NCBI GenBank assembly: GCA_963818645.1
Contig: CAWFTF010000018.1
Coordinates: 69,499-133,498, forward strand
Origin: an uncultured Acidobacteriota bacterium
GTDB taxonomy: Bacteria; Acidobacteriota; Vicinamibacteria; Vicinamibacterales; UBA2999
Reading direction: 5' to 3'
Length of the DNA stretch: 64,000 nt
The notes below the pieces were generated by a model. It did no database searches and had not been told where the DNA came from. It saw only the letters and a list, made by a program, of their open reading frames with translations. Below are positions 1-10,792 of this stretch, one piece after another. Position numbers and translations under genes: made by a program. How positions within the stretch are numbered: the first letter of the stretch is position 1; each line of letters opens with the position of its first letter.

Positions 1-1
1 G

Positions 2-367
2 CTCGACAAGCTGAAGCTCGAGGGGGATCAGGCCGTCGGTCTGCAGATCATCCGGCGCGCGATCGAAGAGCCGATGCGGTGGATCGCCATGAACGCAGGC
101 CAGGAAGGCTCGATCATCGTCTCGAAGGTCAAGGAGCAGAAGAACGCCGACGAGGGGTTCAACGCCGCGACCGAGGTCTACGAGGATCTGGTCAAGGCGG
201 GCGTCATCGATCCGGCCAAGGTCGTTCGCAGCGCGTTGCAGAACGCCTCGTCGATCGCGTCACTGCTGCTCACCACCGAAGCCCTCGTCTCCGAGATCCC
301 CGAGGAGAAGAAGGAACCTGCCGGCGGCCATGCCCACGGCGGTCCGGGCATGGGCGGGATGTACTAA
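2..367 (+). CDS. groEL: Chaperonin GroEL, C-terminal ~121 aa (5' end lies outside the window)
   Basis: The frame is open from the window edge. It contains ...[29 protein letters not shown]... and the Gly/Met-rich tail GGPGMGGMY typical of GroEL. TAA stop at 365-367. Confidence 0.95.
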   Translation, partial: LDKLKLEGDQAVGLQIIRRAIEEPMRWIAMNAGQEGSIIVSKVKEQKNADEGFNAATEVYEDLVKAGVIDPAKVVRSALQNASSIASLLLTTEALVSEIPEEKKEPAGGHAHGGPGMGGMY

Positions 368-406
368 GTCAAAGGTCAAAGGTAAAGTCAGAAGTAGGGT
401 CAGAGT

Positions 407-438
407 CACGGGGCGAGCTTTTTGGGGCTCGCCCCGTG
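407..438 (+). terminator. GC-rich stem-loop downstream of groEL (intrinsic-terminator-like)
   Basis: Perfect 12-bp stem, cacggggcgagc (407-418) paired with gctcgccccgtg (427-438), with an 8-nt T-rich loop. It starts 40 nt after the groEL stop. There is no long U-tail. Confidence 0.55.
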
Positions 439-554
439 TCTTGTACAGGCCCCGTTGTCCAGCTTGTCGGCACAGGTGTCGGATAACCGTCCCAAATCTG
501 AATCAACTCCTCGTTTTTCTCGAACATTTGCGATCTCAGGCCACGGTTGAGCCG

Positions 555-569
555 TGGCACCTCTCTTGC
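555..569 (+). promoter_or_regulatory. Candidate sigma-54 (-24/-12) promoter
   Basis: TGGCAC (555-560), then N5 (ctctc), then TTGC (566-569). This is an exact match to TGGCAC-N5-TTGC. It is intergenic and points toward the kinase gene that starts at 777. Confidence 0.5.
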
Positions 570-776
570 CACTTTCGCCGCAGGCACAGGTCCGTCTGGA
601 CCGCTTGGGGCGTGGCCCTAGCGGTAGGAGCGATGTGCTCGAAGAGCTCATGAACATTGAGATCACGTCCGCATGGCGCCGGGAACCCGAGCACGTTCCT
701 GCCGGCGTGAACGTCATCGGCCAAGGCGAGACTCGCCGCTCCGGCCTGATCTCCATCCCGCTGCGGCGCTTCCACC

Positions 777-3563
777 GTGCATAGCCCGTGGCTGCCTCGA
801 ATCGTCGCCTGGCACGCCCGGCTTTCGCTGGCACGGAAGCTGACCTTTCTCGGTGTCCTGACGAGCATTGTGTCGCTCGTCATCGCGATGACCGCCGTGC
901 TCGCCTGGGATCTGTCGAGCGCGCGCACGAGGCTCGTTCGCGACACCGGCATGCTCGCCGACGTCATCGGATCCAATAGCACCGCGGCCGTCGCGTTCGG
1001 CGACGCAAAAGCCGCGACCGATACTCTGGGCGCGCTGACCGTCAACGAAAGCATCGTCTCGGCCGCAATCTGGGCCAAGAATGGCGATCAACTCGCGCGA
1101 TTCGAACGCGTGGCGCGGCCGACTATCAATCGCAGGCTCCCCGCCCGAGCGTTCGACATCGAGCCGCATCACCAGTGGAGCGAGTTTACCGACGGAGAAT
1201 TGCTGCTCGCCCGTCCCATCGTGCTCGACGGCGAAGTCATCGGCACGGTCGTGATCGAATCCGACCTCTCGGTGCTCTGGGCGCAGGCGACCACCTCGGG
1301 GCTCGTCGTCGCTCTCGTCCTCATCGCGACGTTCGGCGTCTCCGTCATTCTGGCGTCGCGCATGCAGCGCACCATCTCGTCGCCACTGCTGCGTCTCACG
1401 TCCGTGACACGCGCCGTGACCAGGGACAGGGTCTACGACGTTCGCGTCGAGAGTCAGGGTGAGGGCAAGAACGAAATCGCGGACCTCATCGACGGCTTCA
1501 ACAAGATGCTTGCGGAGATCCATCGCCGCGATGTCGAGCTCGTGCAGCACAAGGAAGGGCTCGAGCGTACAGTCGACGCCCGAACTGCCGAACTCTCCGC
1601 GGTGAACGAGGACCTGACCATCGCGCGCGACAAGGCGATGGAAGCGAGCCGCGCGAAGAGCGAGTTCCTGGCAAACATGAGCCACGAGATCCGTACACCG
1701 ATGAACGGCATCATCGGCATGACGGAGCTCGCGCTCGGCACACCGCTGACACCCGAACAGCAGGACTATCTTCAGACGGTGCGGACATCAGCCGGATCGC
1801 TGCTCGAGATTCTCAACGACATCCTCGACTTCTCGAAGATTGAGTCTCGACGCCTGCGCCTCGAGTCGGTCGCCTTCGCGCTCGCCGACGTCGTCAACGA
1901 GGCGTTGCGACCGCTGGCCGTGCGCGCAGACCAGAAGGCGCTGGAGCTTCTCGTCGAAGTCGATCCCGCCGTTCCGTCCACACTCGTTGGCGATCCTCTG
2001 CGCCTGCGCCAGATCCTCGTCAACCTGGTTGGCAATGCCATCAAGTTCACGGAGAAGGGTCACGTGCTCGTGGCAATCAGGCGCGAGCCCGATCGCGACG
2101 AACCCGGGATGCTGCAGTTCTCTGTGACCGACACTGGCACCGGCATCGCACTCGAGCATCAGGACGCGATCTTCAAGGCTTTCAGCCAGGCTGATGGTTC
2201 GACGACGCGCAAGTTCGGCGGCACGGGCCTTGGCCTTGCGATCTCGTCGACGCTCGTGTCGATGATGCATGGCCGCATCTGGGTCGAGAGCGCGCCCGGA
2301 GACGGCAGCACATTCAGCTTTACGGCGAACTTCGGCGTCGGCCCCGACGCGATGACCTCGCGCGAACGGCGGCTTCCACCCGGGCTTCGCGTGCTGGTCG
2401 TCGACGACAACGCCATCAATCGCCGCATTCTCGTAGGCCAGCTGACGCGCTGGGATATGACGCCGATCGTAGTGGCCGGTGGACGGGAGGCGCTCGAAAC
2501 GCTGGTGAGCCTGAAGAAGAAGGGGGAGCGCGTAGACCTCATCCTGCTCGACGCGCAGATGCCGGGCATGGATGGCTTCGAGCTGGCCAAAGAGATCGGC
2601 TCGCGCGCAGACCTGACCGGCTCCACCATCATGATGCTGACTTCGTCTGGCCGGTACGACGATGCGGGGTTGTGCCGCGAGCTCGGCATTGCGGCGTGCC
2701 TGGCGAAACCGATCGCGTCGTTCGATCTCCATGCCGCGATCTGTGGCGTCCTCGATGCCGAAGCGGCGCGAGTCAAGAAGGCTGAAGAGCGGCTGGCGTC
2801 GTCCACGCCGCCGATGATCAGGGCCCGCAGAGTGCTGCTCGCCGAAGACAACATTGTCAATCAGCGCGTGGCCGTGGGTCTGCTCAAGCGACGGGGCCAT
2901 CACGTGACGGTCGTCGAGAACGGACGAGAGGCTGTCGATGCGGTCGGGCGCGAACAGTTCGACATCGTGCTGATGGACCTGCAGATGCCCGTCATGGGCG
3001 GGATCGAGGCCACCAAGGCCATTCGCGAGCGCAAGCGGGACACCTCGCGCGATCACCTGCGCATTGTCGCAATGACCGCGCATGCCATGAGCGGCGACCG
3101 CGAGCGCTGCCTCGCCGCCGGAATGGACGGCTACCTGTCGAAGCCGACCGAATCCCGCACGCTCTTTGCCGAAGTGGAAGGTGACACCCTTACGCCGATG
3201 GCGCCGCCCATCGACGAGATCGATCTCGTCAGCCGCCTGCATGGCGACATGGAACTCGCCGCCGAGATCGTGCGCCTGTTCGCAGAGGAGTGCCCCACGC
3301 TCCTGCAGGACATTCGGATCGCGCTGGATCAGCGCGACTCCACAGCCGTCCGGCGTGCAGCACATACGCTGAAAGGCGCTGCCTCGACGGCAGCCGCGGT
3401 CGGCATTACCGAAACCGCAGCGCTGCTCGAGGTGCTGGCGGCCGAGGGCGACTTCGATGCGCTCGAGGGCGCATGGTTGCGCGTCACCACCGAAGCCAGC
3501 GCGTTTCAGACGGCGCGAATCACCCTCGATCGTGAACTGACGGAGGCCTCTTGCGAGTCCTGA
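777..3563 (+). CDS. Hybrid sensor histidine kinase (TM sensor, HAMP, HisKA, HATPase_c, two receiver domains, Hpt)
   Basis: H-box [14 protein letters not shown]. ATPase boxes GNAIKFT, DTGTGI and [10 protein letters not shown]. Two REC domains (VLVVDDN...[11 protein letters not shown] and VLLAEDN...[12 protein letters not shown]). C-terminal Hpt motif [12 protein letters not shown] start. Confidence 0.9.
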   Translation: MHSPWLPRIVAWHARLSLARKLTFLGVLTSIVSLVIAMTAVLAWDLSSARTRLVRDTGMLADVIGSNSTAAVAFGDAKAATDTLGALTVNESIVSAAIWAKNGDQLARFERVARPTINRRLPARAFDIEPHHQWSEFTDGELLLARPIVLDGEVIGTVVIESDLSVLWAQATTSGLVVALVLIATFGVSVILASRMQRTISSPLLRLTSVTRAVTRDRVYDVRVESQGEGKNEIADLIDGFNKMLAEIHRRDVELVQHKEGLERTVDARTAELSAVNEDLTIARDKAMEASRAKSEFLANMSHEIRTPMNGIIGMTELALGTPLTPEQQDYLQTVRTSAGSLLEILNDILDFSKIESRRLRLESVAFALADVVNEALRPLAVRADQKALELLVEVDPAVPSTLVGDPLRLRQILVNLVGNAIKFTEKGHVLVAIRREPDRDEPGMLQFSVTDTGTGIALEHQDAIFKAFSQADGSTTRKFGGTGLGLAISSTLVSMMHGRIWVESAPGDGSTFSFTANFGVGPDAMTSRERRLPPGLRVLVVDDNAINRRILVGQLTRWDMTPIVVAGGREALETLVSLKKKGERVDLILLDAQMPGMDGFELAKEIGSRADLTGSTIMMLTSSGRYDDAGLCRELGIAACLAKPIASFDLHAAICGVLDAEAARVKKAEERLASSTPPMIRARRVLLAEDNIVNQRVAVGLLKRRGHHVTVVENGREAVDAVGREQFDIVLMDLQMPVMGGIEATKAIRERKRDTSRDHLRIVAMTAHAMSGDRERCLAAGMDGYLSKPTESRTLFAEVEGDTLTPMAPPIDEIDLVSRLHGDMELAAEIVRLFAEECPTLLQDIRIALDQRDSTAVRRAAHTLKGAASTAAAVGITETAALLEVLAAEGDFDALEGAWLRVTTEASAFQTARITLDRELTEASCES

Positions 3564-4147
3564 TAGCCGACGATGATCCTGTCGCCGCGATGGCCGTGTC
3601 GCGCAGCATGTCGCACTGGGGCTTCGAGACGGTAGTCGTCCACGATGGACTCGCCGCCTGGGAGCACCTCACCTCCAGCGATCCGCCGTCGCTTGCGATC
3701 GTTGACTGGGAGATGCCTGGACTCGAGGGGCCGGAGCTGTGCCGGCGCGTGCGATCGGACACGGAGCGAGCGCATCTCTATTTGATTTTGTTGACCGCGC
3801 GACACAGTTCGACCGATCTGGTCGCCGGACTCGAAGCCGGCGCCGACGACTATCTGATCAAGCCGGTGGACCTGAACGAATTGAAAGCGCGCGTGCGGGT
3901 CGGCGTGCGCGTGGTCTCGCTTCAGGCACGTCTCGCGGAGGAGGTCGCGGAACTCCAGGCAACGCTCGACAACGTCAGGCGTCTTCGCGGACTGCTGCCG
4001 ATCTGCGCCTACTGCAAACGTATCCGTGACGACAAGAATTATTGGCAGCGTGTCGAGGTCTACGTGTCGGAGCACACCGACGCGACGTTCACGCACGGCA
4101 TCTGCCCTTCCTGCCTCGAAGAAGCGAAGGCGCAGCTGAACACCTAG
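3551..4147 (+). CDS. Response regulator receiver protein with a Cys-rich C-terminal module (CxxC...CxxC)
   Basis: Canonical REC residues are present (DDD, D51 in [16 protein letters not shown]). The tail is [47 protein letters not shown] start preceded by GGAGG. It overlaps the kinase stop by 13 nt. Confidence 0.85.
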   Translation: MRVLIADDDPVAAMAVSRSMSHWGFETVVVHDGLAAWEHLTSSDPPSLAIVDWEMPGLEGPELCRRVRSDTERAHLYLILLTARHSSTDLVAGLEAGADDYLIKPVDLNELKARVRVGVRVVSLQARLAEEVAELQATLDNVRRLRGLLPICAYCKRIRDDKNYWQRVEVYVSEHTDATFTHGICPSCLEEAKAQLNT

Positions 4148-7100
4148 CTACGCGTCGCGCGCGACGGGCGACACGGCAGGCTCTCCCCCATCCAGCGTTC
4201 GACGAACGAGCCGCGCCAGCTCGATCAAGCTGAATGGCTTGGCGATGTATGCGTCGGAGTGACGCGAGATGTCTTCTCGACTCAGATCTGCCAGATACCC
4301 GCTCGTGTAAATCACTTTGAGTCCCGGCCGATGACGACGCAGGCGCTCCGCCAGCTCCACGCCGTTCATGCCGTCCGGCATCACGATGTCGGTGATCAGA
4401 AGGTCTACTTCGTCGCCCCGCTGCCTCCACACATCCAAGGCATGCGGACCGCTCTGCGCCTGCAGCAGCCGGTATCCGAGATCCTGCAGCAGCTTGATCA
4501 CGAGCGCGCGCACACCGGCTTCGTCCTCGACGACGAGGATCGTTTCCCGTCCGCGCGGCGGTGGCGCGGACGTGGTGACCGGAGCGGCCGCCGGCATTTC
4601 GGTTTCGACTCTCGGGAAGAACACTCGAAACTCAGTGCCGCGCCCAATCTGACTGTCCACTTCGATCCAGCCACCGTGCTGCTGAACGATTCCATAGGTA
4701 GTCGCCAGCCCCAGCCCTGTTCCCTTCCCGACATCTTTCGTCGTGAAGAACGGTTCGAAGATATGTGGCAGATGCTCCGACGCGATGCCGGCACCATTGT
4801 CTGCGACCCGCACGCACGCGCAGCTACCCGCAGAGCCCACGCGCGACGGATCCAACTCTGACAGGTCGATCAGAGACGTATCGATCGAGAGTCGCCCGCC
4901 TACTGGCATCGCATCGCGGGCGTTGACCGCAAGATTGAGGAGCACCTGCTCGATCATCCCCGGATCCGCTCGAACGGCGAGCGGCTGCTCCGAGTACGTG
5001 AACGTGACGACGATATCCTCGCCAAGGACGCGATGCAGGAGCCGAGTCACATTCGCCACGACGCTATTGAGATCGACGTCGCGCACTTCGATCGCCTGTC
5101 GGCGGCTGAACGCGAGGAGCTGGCGCGTGAGCGCGGTCGCACGCTGGGCGTTCTGAGACAGATCGGCGACAGAATCGCGTAAGTCCCCCGGCACGCGTTC
5201 GTCTGCCGCCACCTCCTCGGCGCGCCCGAGGATCACGGTGAGGATGTTGTTGAAGTCGTGCGCCACGCCGCCAGCCAGTCTGCCGATGGCCTCCAGCTTC
5301 TGGGCCTGACGAAGCTCCTGCTCGAGCCGCTGACGGTCCGCCTGCGCCGTGAGCGTCGAGAGCAGATTCGCGACGGCGAGCGCGAACGTCTGTTCGTCCG
5401 GCATCCATCGTCGCGGCTCGCCGACGTGCTGGCACGAGAGAACGCCAACCGTCGCGCCGCGCGATCGAACAGGCACGCACATCACTGACGCGATGCCATT
5501 GGGCACGAGCAGTCGTTGTGCGAGCTCACTCGTGCGCGAGTCCGACCGCGCATCGGTGACAGCGAGCACGTCGGCACCAGCCAATGCACGGAAGTACGCA
5601 GGACACGCGTCCTGACTCAGTGAAAGGCCTTCACTGTGCGTTCCGTCCGGCCACTTGAACAGATCCTGACATCGCGCGACGGTCCCGTTCTCGTCGTGCC
5701 GCCACACTCCCACGAGCGCAACAGAGAGCGTGTTCGCGACCACCTCGGTCATGCCGCGAACGATGTCCGTGAAGTCGTCCGGTGCGCTCAGGTCGCTCTT
5801 CGTCAGTTTCGTCAGCGCCGCTTCCTGTCGCGCGTATCGCTCGTTCGCGGTACGCAGCGCCGTCTCGGCCTGACGTTGATTCGCCAGAGTGCGCAAGGCG
5901 ACGATGCCGAAGGCGAGATCGTCGGCAAGCTCCTTCAGCAGCGTGGCCTCGGACGCGTCGAAGCCGGTCGGTTCACCCGAGCACAGCGTGAGGGCTCCGA
6001 ACGCGCGCCCATCCGTAGTCAGCGGGAGGGCCACGCATAAGCGGTACCCAAGGCGGACCGCTTCGTCACGCCATGGTCCGGCGGCTGTCGCCGCATTGAA
6101 GTCCTTGCAGACGGCGGGCTCACCCGTCCGAATCGCAGCGGCCATCTGCTCTCCCCCTTGCGCCGCCCATGCGATGCGCGCGTGACGATCCTCCTCATCC
6201 GACGCAATCGCGATCGTCTGCACGTCCGATTCCGCGTCTCCCTCGGCGAAGCCGACCCATGCAACGCGGTAACCGCCATCGCGCACGATGACCTGACAGA
6301 TCTCTCGCAGCAGCGTCGGCTCATCGGTCGCGTGCACGAGTACTTGATTGCAGTTGCTGATCGTTCGGAGCGCGCGGTTCGCGTGTCGCAGGTCTTCGTC
6401 GGCGCGCTTGCGCTCGGTAATGTCCTGAATCTGCGAAACGAAGTAGCGAGGGGCGCCATTGTCGTCCAGCACGAGCGACGAGTTCACCTGAACCCAGCGA
6501 ATCCGGCCATCCTTGTGCCGGTATCGCTTCACACGCCGAATCGTCTCGACTTCCCGATTGAGCATGCGCCGCGTTGCAACACGATCGTCCGCGGAATCAT
6601 CAGGATGGGTAATCGACTCGAAGCCCGTCGCAAGCAGTTCCTCTGCGCTGTAACCGACGATTCCGCAGAGCGCCGGGTTGACTTCGAGGTACTCGCCCGA
6701 CGTCGACACGAGCGCCATCCCGTTCGGTGAATAATGCATGGCCGATCGGAATCGTTCCTCACTCTCGCGCAGCGCGTCTTCGGCGTGACGCCGCACGCTG
6801 CTCTCCCGGCGGACCGTTGCGGCGATGTCGTTGAAGTGGCGATGGAGTTCGACGATCTCGTCGTGACCGCGACCGGCCGTCTCAACCGCCTCCGTCGCAT
6901 CCGGTTCGAGCGGAGCTCCGGCGGCAAATTGCCCCATCGCATCGTGCAGACGTTCGATGCGGCGCGTGACCAGCGCGTGCAGGCTGATACCAAGACCCAC
7001 GACGGCGAGAAAGACCGCGATGGCACCCACTCCGAACTGGCGCAGCAATCGTTGCCGGTTGACTGCCTTCGACAGGCTGAGATCGTGGACGAGGAGAATC

Positions 7101-7624
7101 AGCGCGCCACGCGTGGCGCCCAACTCCCCTGGACCGACAGGCACCGTCGCAGGCAAGACGAAGGTCAGGAAGTTGCGATCGAGGCTGAACAGGCTCTCGG
7201 TTCGTCCATTGCTTCGCACGTTCCGCATCGTCTCTTCGACACGCGGATTCTCGTCGGCGGAAAGACCGAGTGCCGTCAGATCGAGCTGACGCCCAATCCA
7301 GCCGCGACGACTGCCGAGCACGACCTTGTTGTCGGGAGCGACGAAGACCGCTCCGCGAATCTCCTCGAAGACGGCAAGCTCACCGAACTCGCGCTGCGCA
7401 GTCTCGAGCTCACTGCGCTCGGCGGCCCGTTCTGTTCGACTCTGGATCTCTGTGGCGCGCACCATCTCGGCGCGCTCGAAGTCGCGCTCGAACGCCGCCT
7501 CCTGGATTTCGTTGGCAACGGTAAATAGCACCAGTCCCACAACGGCGGAGTACAGGGTGAGGAATAGCGGGAGCCGGAATCGAAGCGAGTGCAACACCGG
7601 GCCGGACGGATGTGCGAACGCCAT
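4148..7624 (-). CDS. Hybrid sensor histidine kinase (2 TM with an extracytoplasmic domain, HAMP, PAS, two GAF-like regions, HisKA, HATPase_c, receiver)
   Basis: 1158-aa uninterrupted ORF. H-box [14 protein letters not shown]. ATPase boxes [16 protein letters not shown] and GTGLGLAT. C-terminal REC (ILVVEDE...[14 protein letters not shown]). Confidence 0.9.
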   Translation of the reverse strand: MAFAHPSGPVLHSLRFRLPLFLTLYSAVVGLVLFTVANEIQEAAFERDFERAEMVRATEIQSRTERAAERSELETAQREFGELAVFEEIRGAVFVAPDNKVVLGSRRGWIGRQLDLTALGLSADENPRVEETMRNVRSNGRTESLFSLDRNFLTFVLPATVPVGPGELGATRGALILLVHDLSLSKAVNRQRLLRQFGVGAIAVFLAVVGLGISLHALVTRRIERLHDAMGQFAAGAPLEPDATEAVETAGRGHDEIVELHRHFNDIAATVRRESSVRRHAEDALRESEERFRSAMHYSPNGMALVSTSGEYLEVNPALCGIVGYSAEELLATGFESITHPDDSADDRVATRRMLNREVETIRRVKRYRHKDGRIRWVQVNSSLVLDDNGAPRYFVSQIQDITERKRADEDLRHANRALRTISNCNQVLVHATDEPTLLREICQVIVRDGGYRVAWVGFAEGDAESDVQTIAIASDEEDRHARIAWAAQGGEQMAAAIRTGEPAVCKDFNAATAAGPWRDEAVRLGYRLCVALPLTTDGRAFGALTLCSGEPTGFDASEATLLKELADDLAFGIVALRTLANQRQAETALRTANERYARQEAALTKLTKSDLSAPDDFTDIVRGMTEVVANTLSVALVGVWRHDENGTVARCQDLFKWPDGTHSEGLSLSQDACPAYFRALAGADVLAVTDARSDSRTSELAQRLLVPNGIASVMCVPVRSRGATVGVLSCQHVGEPRRWMPDEQTFALAVANLLSTLTAQADRQRLEQELRQAQKLEAIGRLAGGVAHDFNNILTVILGRAEEVAADERVPGDLRDSVADLSQNAQRATALTRQLLAFSRRQAIEVRDVDLNSVVANVTRLLHRVLGEDIVVTFTYSEQPLAVRADPGMIEQVLLNLAVNARDAMPVGGRLSIDTSLIDLSELDPSRVGSAGSCACVRVADNGAGIASEHLPHIFEPFFTTKDVGKGTGLGLATTYGIVQQHGGWIEVDSQIGRGTEFRVFFPRVETEMPAAAPVTTSAPPPRGRETILVVEDEAGVRALVIKLLQDLGYRLLQAQSGPHALDVWRQRGDEVDLLITDIVMPDGMNGVELAERLRRHRPGLKVIYTSGYLADLSREDISRHSDAYIAKPFSLIELARLVRRTLDGGEPAVSPVARDA

Positions 7625-7627
7625 CGC

Positions 7628-8606
7628 TTACCTTCGACATGCGGAAACACCGCTCGCCAATGGCCACCTGAAGAGCGGGTCGAATGGCGTCGACGCGGTC
7701 AACAACCCTGCGCTCAGCAGCTGCCCCTGGAGCCGTGCGATCGTCGCCACGAGTTGCGGCCGCGGCACAGCAAGCCACTCGCGGCTTTCAGGCAGGCTGA
7801 TTATGCGGATCCGCTCCATCATCCGCTCGAATCCGGCGTCGGTCGTTCCCAGCCGGTTCGCTATCCAGCTTCGCGCCATCGACGACGCGGCAACTTCGGT
7901 GACAGCACGGCTCCAGGCCGAGCAGAGTGCAGAGGCCTGTTGTTCGTGCGACTCGAGGTAATCCCTCCGAATGACGAGCACTCGCAGGATTTCGAACGGC
8001 GTCGAGATGCTGTTGAAGATCTCGACACCGCCCGCCTCGAGGATTTGCGAGCGAACTGGCTCGTACGTGACGACCGCGTCCACCTCGCGTCGGCGAAACG
8101 CGGCGAGGTGACGATATGGCGGGAGGTTGACGAGCCGCACGTTGCTCGCCGACGAGACCAGCCTGCTTGAGCGCGCGATCGAGCAGGTACGCGTTAACCG
8201 AATTGATCTGGGCTGCCACGCGGCGATCCTTGAGATCAGCCGTCGTGATGAGATCGGGTTGAGCAACCACGGCATCACCGCCGCGCGATTCGTCGGACAG
8301 GAACAGAATCACCGGGTCCACCGCACCTGACTGCGCGACGGCGAGCACTTCGTCCATGCTCAACCACGCGGCCTCGACGGCACGATTCCGAAACCCTCGC
8401 ATCACTTCGCCATCGTCCACGAACTCGACGAGACGGAATTCAGTGGGACTCAACCAGCCCTGGTCCTGGGCAAGGAACAACAACTCGTTGCTGGGCCAGT
8501 AGCCCGTTCCGATCCTCAGCGGAGGTTCGCGGTCGGCGCGGCATGCGGTGACCAGACTCGCGGCGATTACGAGTGCTGAAGCCAACGAATGCAGGCCTCT
8601 TCTCAT
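7628..8606 (-). pseudogene. Periplasmic substrate-binding protein (NMT1/SsuA-TauA-like), split by one frame break
   Basis: The N-terminal half (signal peptide, GTGYWPSNELLFLAQDQGW..., LDRALKQAGL) is in the frame of ORF 7788..8606. The C-terminal half (NVRLVNLPPYRHLAAFRRREVDAVVTYEP...) is in the frame of ORF 7628..8278. The frames switch at ~8140-8165. Confidence 0.7.
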
Positions 8607-8619
8607 TCTGAGATGCGGA

Positions 8620-9192
8620 TCACCAATAGTCCGGCTCGTTTCCGCGCTGCCACTTGATATTGCAACCGATGCTCGGTTTCTGCGTCGCGGGGACGGCGAT
8701 ACCCGCGAGCACCGCAGTTGCCGCAGCGCGAATGTCAGCGCCGGTCACCGGCACGGGACTTCGCGGACGGCTGTCGTCGAACTGGCCGCGATAGACCAGG
8801 GTTCCGCGAGCATCGAACAGGAACAGGTCAGGTGTGCACGCGGCCTTGAATGCCTTGGCGACGCTCTGCGTCTCGTCGAAGAGATACGGAAACGTGTAGC
8901 CCGCCTCCACCGCTTCCTGCCGCATGCCATCTGGCCCGTCCTCGGGAAACGCAACGGTGTCGTTGGAATTGATCCCGACGATGGCAAGACCGCGCTCTTG
9001 GAACTCCGTCGCGAAGCGCGAGAACTCGCGACGGATGTGCCGGACGAACGGACAGTGATGACAGATGAACGCGACGAGCAGCGGACGCGATGCGAATGAT
9101 TCTGAAGAGACAATCTCGCCAGTCGTCGACGGCAGACGGAAAACCGGCATCGTCGTGCCGAGCGCCAGCATCGTCGAAGGCGTGGCCGTCAT
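8620..9192 (-). CDS. Thioredoxin-fold redoxin (AhpC/TSA-like thiol-disulfide oxidoreductase)
   Basis: LLVAFICHHCPFV contains a CxxC motif in a redoxin-like context. ATG start at 9192. 190 aa. Confidence 0.8.
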   Translation of the reverse strand: MTATPSTMLALGTTMPVFRLPSTTGEIVSSESFASRPLLVAFICHHCPFVRHIRREFSRFATEFQERGLAIVGINSNDTVAFPEDGPDGMRQEAVEAGYTFPYLFDETQSVAKAFKAACTPDLFLFDARGTLVYRGQFDDSRPRSPVPVTGADIRAAATAVLAGIAVPATQKPSIGCNIKWQRGNEPDYW

Positions 9193-9243
9193 GGTTGAGC
9201 GGCCAGTATATGACGGGCAAACCGATGTGAGATGGAGTGCGAG

Positions 9244-10054
9244 CTAACGGAGCGTAAATGTCAGTTCGATCGTGACGAGGACGGCGACCGGTTCTCCGAA
9301 CCGCGTGCCGGGAGCGAAGCGCCACTGCTTGGCGGCTTTGATGGCTTCCTGATCCAGTCCGAACGCCGAGTCCAACGAGCGAACAACCTCAACCTTGCCC
9401 ACGCTTCCGTCCGGAAGGACGACACACTCGAGCAGGACCGTTCCCTGGACCTTTGCCCGCATCGCATCGGCCGTGTACTGCGGCTTCACTTCGCGAAGCG
9501 GCTTGGGCAGGAGCACACCATTGCCAGGGCGATACGCACCGCCGCCGGTCCCACCTCCAAAGCCTTCACCGATACCTGAGCCCTGCCCTGGTCCGGCTCC
9601 CGTGCCGGTCCCGGATCCAAGAGACACGCTGTTGGATGCCTGAGTCGATTCGATGGTGCCCGGCGTCGTCACTGTCGCATCGAGCGTCTTCAGCGGAATC
9701 GTGATCGGTTCAACCGGTGGTGGTTCAACCGTGTGGCGGTGGCGTGGGCACCGGGGTAGGCGCTGGCTTGGGCTTGACGATCTCCGCCGGCTTGGGCGGA
9801 TCGGGCATCTTGTTGCCACCGCCGCCACCACCGCCCGGGCCCGGATCGGACAACCAGACGATCTTCTCGGAGAGTTGCGGTGGAATAACGGCTTTGTAGA
9901 CCTTCTCGGGAATCAGGTAGCTAATGAGCAGCACCAGCCCGACGATGAACAACTCCGTGAGGAATCCGGCACCGAGTGCGCCACCAATACGCTTGCTGTC
10001 CGGCTGCTCGAACATGAACCGGGCCTCACGCGGACCATCCCCCTCCGGGCGCAC
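9244..10054 (-). pseudogene. TonB-family energy transducer, split by one frame break
   Basis: The N-terminal TM segment and Pro-rich linker (PKPAEIVKPKPAPTPVPTPPP) are in ORF 9725..10054. The TonB C-terminal domain (KPQYTADAMRAKVQGTVLLECVVLPDGSVGKVEVVRSLD...AIKAAKQWRFAPG) is in ORF 9244..9831. The frames switch at ~9728-9760. The start is GTG at 10054 or ATG at 10015. Confidence 0.75.
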
Positions 10055-10281
10055 CGTTAGATGCTCCGACGTGGGTATGGATGGCTGATCCGGCCGCGTT
10101 CAGTCGGTGTCGACATAGCCTTAATGTTTGGTGACCTCTCCATTCTCCCCAAGGAGGAGTAGTGTCGCAAGCTGCAAAACAGGTGCCTCAGGAATTGCGC
10201 CGTGAATCGCGCTAGCGCCCTCTGTCTTAGACGCCCCCGCCACCGGGTTCGGTCGACTTTGGAGACAGTTTCGTGGGGGCA

Positions 10282-10792
10282 TCACTCAGACCAGTCGAGC
10301 GTCGCAACACGCTCAGCTCCATTGCTCGTCAACACGTGCCTTGCTCTTGTGACTGTATCGGCATCCACATGGGCGCCGACCAGCAGCGCTCCGCGTTTGA
10401 TTCTCGACTCCCACTGCTCGGCCTCGGCCCGATCGAGTCCCGCTCGCTCGAGCGTGCGGGCCACACCTCCCGCAGCGTGACCTGCGGCTTCCGCCAGATC
10501 CAGCGGCAAGGGGACCGTCCGCCACGATTGGACCGATGCCGGGCATCACGAGCGCGACCGCCGAAAGCAGGTGCGCGCTGATTTCGCCGATTCGGGCGGC
10601 TGTCGCGGAGTCTTCGAGCTCTGAACCAGGTGAGCCACCGGACGCACGCGCAATCACGCCTTCCTCATCGTGCGAGCGCGCGACAATCGACACGCGCTCG
10701 TGCGGCACGTCCATGTCACGCAGGGCTCGCGCCGCGGCAGTAGCCTTGTCGGCAAAGCCGAACAATCCGACGACCAGTGAATGTGTTGTCAT
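10282..10792 (-). pseudogene. YflT/general-stress-protein-17M-like protein, split by one frame break
   Basis: The N-terminus (LVVGLFGFADKATAAARALRDMDVPHERVSIVAR) resembles the YflT-type domain. The C-terminal part (LERAGLDRAEAEQWESRIKRGALLVGAHVD) continues in a second frame. The switch is at a C4/G4 run at ~10505-10515. Confidence 0.5.

Noticed and set aside
714-3365. Long minus-strand ORFs (714..1685, 1788..3365, 2159..2860) inside the hybrid kinase gene
   Set aside because: They are antisense 'shadow' ORFs typical of high-GC DNA. Their translations are Arg/Ala/Gly-rich with no recognisable motifs, while the plus-strand frame has complete kinase, receiver and Hpt motifs.
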